From IMG/VR virus record IMGVR_UViG_3300002026_000032, positions 80,351 through 122,927 of that record: a stretch of 42,577 nt of DNA. One strand, given 5' to 3'. The position numbers and the translations under genes were made by a program. Below are positions 37,100 through 42,577 of this stretch, in pieces; the stretch's first letter is position 1, and every line of letters begins with the position of its first letter. Source of the stretch: a virus (taxonomy: Duplodnaviria > Heunggongvirae > Uroviricota > Caudoviricetes). A model generated the notes under the pieces. It saw only the letters and a program-made list of their open reading frames with translations, ran no database searches and had not been told where the DNA came from.

Positions 37100-37107
37100 T
37101 ATTTATA
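37100..37107 (-). promoter_or_regulatory. T4 late promoter (TATAAATA)
   Basis: Perfect consensus upstream of the scaffold and capsid genes. Confidence 0.8.
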
Positions 37108-37116
37108 AAGTGCATA

Positions 37117-37803
37117 TCATTTCAGCACTTTTACACTTTGTCTAGCTATATCGGTTAACAATTCTCGTATTGCACGGGACTTATTATCCTTTGTCGCTGA
37201 ATGATCTACGGTCTCTACCATTCTGGTTATAGCAGCATCCACAGATTCGACACCCTCAGCTATTCTCTCCCGATTACTTTTAACCAGATCGATAAATGCA
37301 TTCGGTGCTGATGGGTTGTGAACAACATCGACGGAATGAAGACTGAAATCTTCATTGACTCGTTTCGTGTGTTCATTAACAGATCCAGCTCCGCGAGTCG
37401 ATACACCAAGTTTTACATCTTCATCCAACAGGATCATTATGATTTTTCCTGAAGGTGTAGGTAATATTCTAGCACGACCCAGTGCATCATTGCCTTTCAT
37501 CTCTAATTTCTCGATAAGAATAGCAGATCTGAGGAGTGCTGTGTCTAAATTTTCTGGATGATCAGCCTCTCCTAGTGCACGATTCTCTTTGATATACACC
37601 GAGTTATATTTCTGAACTTCCCGTGCAATTATGCTATGTGGGTAGATCCGACCGTTGTTATTCTTAACCTCAGCCTGTATAAAGATCCCCTCGATGTAAT
37701 ATCGTTCAGTCTCTTTTTTAGTAAGCTTGGTTTTGAATGATTCAACCAGTATATTGAACTGATCCATCGGTGAGTATTCATCAAGTGTAATGAGCTCAGA
37801 CAT
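37117..37803 (-). CDS. gp21: Prohead protease, gp21-like
   Basis: YIEGIFIQAEVKNNNGRIYP, ALGEADHP, LGVSTRGAGS, DVVHNPSAPNAF. Confidence 0.96.
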   Translation of the reverse strand: MSELITLDEYSPMDQFNILVESFKTKLTKKETERYYIEGIFIQAEVKNNNGRIYPHSIIAREVQKYNSVYIKENRALGEADHPENLDTALLRSAILIEKLEMKGNDALGRARILPTPSGKIIMILLDEDVKLGVSTRGAGSVNEHTKRVNEDFSLHSVDVVHNPSAPNAFIDLVKSNRERIAEGVESVDAAITRMVETVDHSATKDNKSRAIRELLTDIARQSVKVLK

Positions 37804-37805
37804 CA

Positions 37806-37949
37806 CTACCCCTTGTTTATTTTATCAAGGATAATGACTTTCTTTTCAGACACCTGCTCCATGATCTTCTGTGCTGCAATAGTCTCGATCTTTTCTTTGA
37901 TTGTCACCAAATCATTTGACACTACGCAATCGATAAACGATTTATCCAT
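37806..37949 (-). CDS. Small prohead core protein, gp67-like (47 aa), missed by the ORF track
   Basis: Late promoter, AAGGAG RBS and ATG, giving MDKSFIDCVVSNDLVTIKEKIETIAAQKIMEQVSEKKVIILDKINKG*. Sits between portal and protease, as T4 gp67/68 do. Confidence 0.72.
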   Translation of the reverse strand: MDKSFIDCVVSNDLVTIKEKIETIAAQKIMEQVSEKKVIILDKINKG

Positions 37950-37969
37950 TAAAATCTCCTTGTTACTCA

Positions 37970-37977
37970 TATTTATA
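37970..37977 (-). promoter_or_regulatory. T4 late promoter (TATAAATA)
   Basis: Perfect consensus immediately after the portal stop. Confidence 0.8.
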
Positions 37978-37980
37978 AAA

Positions 37981-39765
37981 CTACAACTGAATTATATCTT
38001 CAGCCCCAGGTAATGCTTGTCCGGCAGTCTGAACTCCCATTCCACCACCAGCACCCATGCCCATATCCATTCCACCCATACCCATATCTTGGCCACCCAT
38101 TCCGGCGCCCATACCCATACCTTGACCGAATTGCTCACCACCAACATCAAATCCACCAACTCCTGCATCCATACCCATCCCCATATCCTGCTGTGGGGCT
38201 GCGGCTTGGTCTTTAGCATTCTGTTTCATGCTGGCTTTCATCTCTTCAATCAGTTCCATATTTCGGTCATACAATTCAACCGGCATTTTGTAATATTCTT
38301 TTAAAACAATCTCAGGTGCAAACAACCCGTTGGGATTTTCTTTTGTGAACATCATCTGTGTATATTGATTCAATATTGTAGTTCTCTTTTCCAAGATCTC
38401 CAATTCACGGATCATTTGGAATTCATTCTGTCGATTGAATCGAACTGTGAATAACTTCGTATCAATGAACTCATCATTCAATCCCCGGACTTCAAGAACT
38501 CGGATAAATGTATTGATCAAAAGATATCGGAATCGGTTTTTGTTTCTATCTAAGAATCTGGACCAATTGAGCTCTTCTTGTGGGATCTCCCCTGGGTTCC
38601 CATATGTCGCAACTTTTGTTGTTGGATCAATCCATCTGGATGATGGAATATTCCCAGCTCGATATAAATTCCCTCGAATGATATTTACATCATTTAAGTC
38701 ACCAAGATTCATGTCACCATCAACCGTAGAAACTGATGATCCCTCACTGCCTTCAACTTTGGCTAGCCATATGTCTTCTTGCATTGATTGGTGGTTTCTT
38801 GATGAATCCATTGCACCAGTAGTTGGATCGAATTTAATTTCTTTCTTGTATTTCTCAATAACCGAATTGAGGAATTGCATACCTCGTTTAGCACCGCCCT
38901 TTGGAACTGCAATATTCCATAAGCGTCTTTGTGGTGCTCGAATGATTCGATATGTAACCAATGCATCGATAAGGTGTCTATACATGTTGTATGGTCGAAC
39001 ACATCTCTCTAGATATCCACGGATATCGGCTTTGGTTTCGCCATAGTCTCCATAGTTCACATAGATCATATCATCTACATCAACCAATTCAACAGTGCCT
39101 TTTTTAAAGTATTCTTCGTGATTTAATGATGAGAATGCACCATTGGTTTGGCGAACCTGATCGGTTACATCACCAACGGCATATTTTACAATCATCTCAC
39201 CCTTGTATACAGGGAGGCAATTATATGCAGGTATCACTCGGAAGTCAATAATATCAGTTTTGTTTCCAGTCTTATCATATTCGTAAATAAGCTTTATGAA
39301 TATTTCAGCTTCGATGATGAATTTCTTGTACAGATCCCATGCAATCTCATCGAAATTAAACATCTCCTGATACATGTAATCCCAAGCTTCGATCATGTAT
39401 TCTTTTACATAGCTTGGAACATGAGGTTTAATATCTAAATGTGCCACATGTCCATCGGAGTCTGGAACCATGGAATCATCACATAGCATATCAACCATCC
39501 ATCCCATTTCAGATGAGTATGCCATCTCCATATACTTGCGGATACGGAATGCTTTGTTCATCAGATATTGCTCGAAATAGATTCCCAGCATTTGAACACT
39601 TGAATAATCTTCAGGTATTGATGTGAGTTCTACATCTCGATATCCGAATCGTTCTCTAGCGTGATGGTTCTCTGTTTCTTCTGCACCAAAATAATCTTTG
39701 ATTGATTTGGATCCTGGTAATCTCCCGAAGAAATTTGATATGCTTGATTCATTAAGAATGTTCAT
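37981..39765 (-). CDS. gp20: Portal protein, gp20-like, with a Gly/Met-rich tail
   Basis: DALVTYRIIRAPQRRLWNIAV, MQEDIWL..EG..GS.VST..G...LGDL.DV, RFRYL motifs. Confidence 0.95.
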   Translation of the reverse strand: MNILNESSISNFFGRLPGSKSIKDYFGAEETENHHARERFGYRDVELTSIPEDYSSVQMLGIYFEQYLMNKAFRIRKYMEMAYSSEMGWMVDMLCDDSMVPDSDGHVAHLDIKPHVPSYVKEYMIEAWDYMYQEMFNFDEIAWDLYKKFIIEAEIFIKLIYEYDKTGNKTDIIDFRVIPAYNCLPVYKGEMIVKYAVGDVTDQVRQTNGAFSSLNHEEYFKKGTVELVDVDDMIYVNYGDYGETKADIRGYLERCVRPYNMYRHLIDALVTYRIIRAPQRRLWNIAVPKGGAKRGMQFLNSVIEKYKKEIKFDPTTGAMDSSRNHQSMQEDIWLAKVEGSEGSSVSTVDGDMNLGDLNDVNIIRGNLYRAGNIPSSRWIDPTTKVATYGNPGEIPQEELNWSRFLDRNKNRFRYLLINTFIRVLEVRGLNDEFIDTKLFTVRFNRQNEFQMIRELEILEKRTTILNQYTQMMFTKENPNGLFAPEIVLKEYYKMPVELYDRNMELIEEMKASMKQNAKDQAAAPQQDMGMGMDAGVGGFDVGGEQFGQGMGMGAGMGGQDMGMGGMDMGMGAGGGMGVQTAGQALPGAEDIIQL

Positions 39766-39773
39766 TTAATCCT

Positions 39774-40496
39774 CTAATTTTCATCATCCCAATACCCAAA
39801 TGGATCTTGTTCAACATCACTCTGTGTTGATGGTTCATAATTGATTTTTGATGCAGCGACTCGAACCACTTCTGATACATCAAATAGATCACTAGATTCG
39901 ACAGCCAATCGAACTTCATCATCAATTGGTAAATCTTCCACACCCTGTTTCTCATTAACAAACGGTTTAACTGTGAACGACCATGCATATCGTTTAGATT
40001 GATATGCCATGAGGTCTTCCTCTTTAACCTCAACAATTTCATAGATATAATTGTTGAATGCAACCCTGATGATATCACCTATCTTAGGAATGTATTGATC
40101 GTGGATATTTGGATTACCAACAATATCACATGTACTGGCTTCATCAAAATGTAATTTAGAACAATACATAGCAAAATTATCGAGACCTTCAATACCAAAC
40201 ATAGACCATGTTTTATCTTCTTTTGGTAATTGGAACCATACCATTAATTCAAATTTTCTGATTATTCGACGATCATCGTCATCACCAAAACGCTCATCAT
40301 ATGTGGTATCAAATGTAGTTATATAAAATTCAGTTTTAACACCAGCATGATTGTATTGTTCTGTCATCATTATAGCAACCATATCTCGATTGCTATCATA
40401 CGCTTGGTTGTATTGATTCATCAACCCAGTTGGCCTCACAGGATATCCCCCGTAAACTCCACTTGGTATCAATTTATTATTGAATTCACGATTCAT
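39774..40496 (-). CDS. gp14: Neck / head-closure protein, gp14-like
   Basis: FGDDDDR...FGIEGLD...PKIGDII...YEIVEV...YAW. The track start at 40502 is an alternative. Confidence 0.85.
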   Translation of the reverse strand: MNREFNNKLIPSGVYGGYPVRPTGLMNQYNQAYDSNRDMVAIMMTEQYNHAGVKTEFYITTFDTTYDERFGDDDDRRIIRKFELMVWFQLPKEDKTWSMFGIEGLDNFAMYCSKLHFDEASTCDIVGNPNIHDQYIPKIGDIIRVAFNNYIYEIVEVKEEDLMAYQSKRYAWSFTVKPFVNEKQGVEDLPIDDEVRLAVESSDLFDVSEVVRVAASKINYEPSTQSDVEQDPFGYWDDEN

Positions 40497-40510
40497 CAAC
40501 ACAACCTTTA

Positions 40511-40981
40511 TTATCTAAGTTCACACATAACATCATTAGGGAATTTTATAGTACCAACACCAACTAATGAACCAAATGATGATATGACACAAATCAATCC
40601 AGTTGATACTTCATATACAATCAACCCCAATGAAATGTTGGTGATCAAATCAGTGAAGTCAAATGGTGATGAATCACCACTCACAGTTTTTATCTGAATT
40701 CCAGTTGGTGCTTGTATCGCCGAAAATGCGGGTGTTGTTGTTCCATTGTTGGTATTTTTCAATAACCGATCAGCAGTTGATACTATTGGACCAAATCCAT
40801 CAACAAACAAATTCAATGGTATTTGTGAATAATTAGTCACACCATTTATTATTGATGCGGTTGTTCCATCAGTCTCTACACCAGACTTCAGTAAACTAAC
40901 CTTATATTGACCAACGAAGTCTGATGAATTATTCATTAAACCAAGTCGAAACGCATTTGTAATACTGGTAACGATTGCCAT
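40511..40981 (-). CDS. Putative virion structural protein (156 aa)
   Basis: MAIVTSITNAFRLGLMN..SDF..YKVSLL resembles a common phage structural N-terminus; beta-rich C-terminus. Confidence 0.68.
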   Translation of the reverse strand: MAIVTSITNAFRLGLMNNSSDFVGQYKVSLLKSGVETDGTTASIINGVTNYSQIPLNLFVDGFGPIVSTADRLLKNTNNGTTTPAFSAIQAPTGIQIKTVSGDSSPFDFTDLITNISLGLIVYEVSTGLICVISSFGSLVGVGTIKFPNDVMCELR

Positions 40982-40989
40982 AATAAATC

Positions 40990-41376
40990 CTACATGAAGT
41001 TTGATGCTTTATTGATTAGATCACTAAAGCTGTTCGATGCACCCTTTTCTGGTGTAACAAATGGATCACCCAATTTATCACCAGCTTGTTCCTCTTTGGT
41101 TGGACTATCAACTGATTCTTCATCTCGACCGTCTTCAGTCTTTTCACCAGTTTCCATTTCCATTTTAATCTCATTGAACTTTTCGATAAACTTACCAACA
41201 AACTCATCGGACTTTTCTTTGTCGGTGTGTTTGATGATGAACGCAAACGCTTCAGATAAAGCAGTCAATGCATCCGATCGGTTCTCACCAGCAAGTTCTT
41301 CAAGTTTAAAAGTTGATATCATATCGATCACATCTTCAATCGACATATCCTTAATCTCAGTAATATCTACAGCCAT
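40990..41376 (-). CDS. Acidic hypothetical protein (128 aa)
   Basis: Start reassigned to ATG 41376 (GGAG RBS); late promoter upstream. Confidence 0.75.
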   Translation of the reverse strand: MAVDITEIKDMSIEDVIDMISTFKLEELAGENRSDALTALSEAFAFIIKHTDKEKSDEFVGKFIEKFNEIKMEMETGEKTEDGRDEESVDSPTKEEQAGDKLGDPFVTPEKGASNSFSDLINKASNFM

Positions 41377-41468
41377 GACGCTCTCCACCTGTTAAATTAT
41401 GACTCGATTGTTTAATCTCGAGTCATTCATCACCCGAACTCATCAGTTGTGACGAAATTCCTTACCTA

Positions 41469-41476
41469 TATTTATA
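41469..41476 (-). promoter_or_regulatory. T4 late promoter (TATAAATA)
   Basis: Perfect consensus, intergenic. Confidence 0.75.
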
Positions 41477-41481
41477 ACGAA

Positions 41482-41741
41482 CTATTCTTGTGGTTCTTCG
41501 GTAATCACCGGCGCTTCTGGTATGACCTCTTCGACCACAGTGACAACGTTACAACTATCGATCAAGTCATAGACCTTGGCGAAGAAGTTAACTACATTGT
41601 CAATCTCTTCTACCCTCCGTCTCGAGAGTCAATAAACATCGATGTCGCTTTGATCTTGAAGTCACTTCTGACCGCCAGAGGGTTTACTGCTATCTGAAAC
41701 TCTATCGGGACGAGAATGTCCCCTTTACTATTAGTTCTCAT
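41482..41741 (-). pseudogene. Small gene broken by a -1 frameshift (43 aa + 43 aa), not in the ORF track
   Basis: AAGGAG RBS then MRTNSKG...DSRDGG*. The -1 frame continues VEEIDNVVNFFAKVYDLID...PEAPVITEEPQE* and stops just before the next late promoter. Confidence 0.45.
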
Positions 41742-41752
41742 ATAAATCTCCT

Positions 41753-42577
41753 TTAAGTTATTATTATTCTTCTTCCACCAACAGTAAGTTGAGTAGTGCT
41801 ATATACAGTTCCTATACTATTAACAGCAAAAGCATTTACATAGTATTTTACACCTGGTGTTAATCCAGTCATTAAAGTATCATAAATTCCAGTTCCAGTT
41901 GCTTCATCTACTGTAAAATTAATTGGTGCTCCTTGAATTCCTGCCAGATACCAACTAAATCCTCTCGAAGTAACAGATGATCCACCATCAGAAACAACAG
42001 TTCCATATCCTCTAGCAGATGTAGAACTTTCTAATACCACAGCTTCAAGTGTTACAGTTGGAATAGTTGCCGAAACTGCTTCTTTGATTTCAACTGCAAA
42101 TACGTTGTTTGGACTTCCTGTTACACCAGCTTGAACTGTTACGGATCCACTTGATAAACTTGGACTGATTGCTCCCCAAGTATAATTATTGATATTGTGA
42201 GTATACTTAAGTGTTCTAATAGTGCCATCAGGAATCTCAATATAAGCTCCTGTAGAAACACCAGAAAATCCCATTGCTATAATCATTGAATTTGCTGAAA
42301 TAGTTAATGAACAAGTATTACCTGTTACTGAAGCTCCATCAAAACCAGTATTTCCTGCTCCACTTGATCCTGTAAAAGAATAAGCATATCCAGAACAGAC
42401 ATTATAATTTTGAGTATTCAATGTTACACTTACAGTATTAGAACCTGTTGATGGATTAGCTAATCCCCAAATTGACCAACCTATAGTTGCAATGGTTGAT
42501 GGAGTTTCAGCTCTGATTAATGTCATTGCTACGCCACCATAAGTTACTCCTGTTACACTACCAGAAGGGATTGTCAA
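41753..42577 (-). CDS. C-terminal part of a fibre/decoration-like protein with an FN3-like domain (5'-truncated by the window)
   Basis: PTVTL...GTVVSDGGS.VTSRGF.W...LTGLTPG.KYYV.AFA.NS.GT.YS is FN3-like. The frame is open to the window edge. Confidence 0.75.
   Translation of the reverse strand: MTIPSGSVTGVTYGGVAMTLIRAETPSTIATIGWSIWGLANPSTGSNTVSVTLNTQNYNVCSGYAYSFTGSSGAGNTGFDGASVTGNTCSLTISANSMIIAMGFSGVSTGAYIEIPDGTIRTLKYTHNINNYTWGAISPSLSSGSVTVQAGVTGSPNNVFAVEIKEAVSATIPTVTLEAVVLESSTSARGYGTVVSDGGSSVTSRGFSWYLAGIQGAPINFTVDEATGTGIYDTLMTGLTPGVKYYVNAFAVNSIGTVYSTTQLTVGGRRIIIT

Noticed and set aside
27735-39765. Inteins or group I introns in terminase, capsid or portal
   Set aside because: Lengths and motif spacing are ordinary, and no C...HN splice junctions or interrupted frames were seen.
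3-41395. Numerous plus-strand ORFs in the track (e.g. 21735-22562, 20226-20963, 38435-39046, 9776-10291)
   Set aside because: All are antisense to well-supported minus-strand genes, have S/P/L/I-biased mirror compositions and show no motifs.
41420-41460. CTGATGAG on the minus strand and GACGAAA on the plus strand suggested a hammerhead ribozyme
   Set aside because: The core motifs are on opposite strands. On the minus strand there is no C-GAAA after a proper stem II and only 4 nt where stem I should be. A simple hairpin explains it.
41449-41697. Plus-strand 82-aa ORF
   Set aside because: No RBS, overlaps a late promoter, and is antisense to a minus-strand gene with a strong RBS; treated as a shadow ORF.
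1-42577. Stop-codon reassignment (code 15 or code 4)
   Set aside because: Core genes are full length in the standard code, and TAA, TAG and TGA all end genes.
1-42577. tRNA, rRNA, CRISPR array or IS element
   Set aside because: Intergenic gaps are under about 100 bp with no cloverleaf, spaced direct repeats or transposase.

Overview
The window is the virion morphogenesis module of a large T4-like myovirus; host and taxon cannot be read from the sequence. All credible genes are on the minus strand in the standard genetic code. In transcription order they are: a truncated fibre-like gene, small unknowns, gp14, portal gp20, a gp67-like core gene missed by the ORF track, protease gp21, scaffold gp22, major capsid gp23, a free-standing Hef-like endonuclease, gp13, an unknown, gp15, small terminase, a SWIM Zn-finger gene, large terminase, sheath, tube, tube-initiator and chaperone genes, a tape-measure-like protein with a lysozyme-like domain, hub/spike/wedge genes, a wedge gene split by a large Ig/beta-propeller insertion, a tail fibre, gp3, regA and several unknowns. 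T4-type late promoters (TATAAAT-N) sit in the intergenic gaps. Three features stand out. (1) A ~75-bp element upstream of the endonuclease is at once the capsid terminator, a consensus sigma70 promoter and an anti-Shine-Dalgarno arm. (2) A 1661-aa baseplate protein has Ig-like domains with beta-propellers and other beta-rich domains nested in their loops. (3) The baseplate wedge protein appears split across two genes around that array. Family assignments come from recognised motifs and gene order, not database searches.
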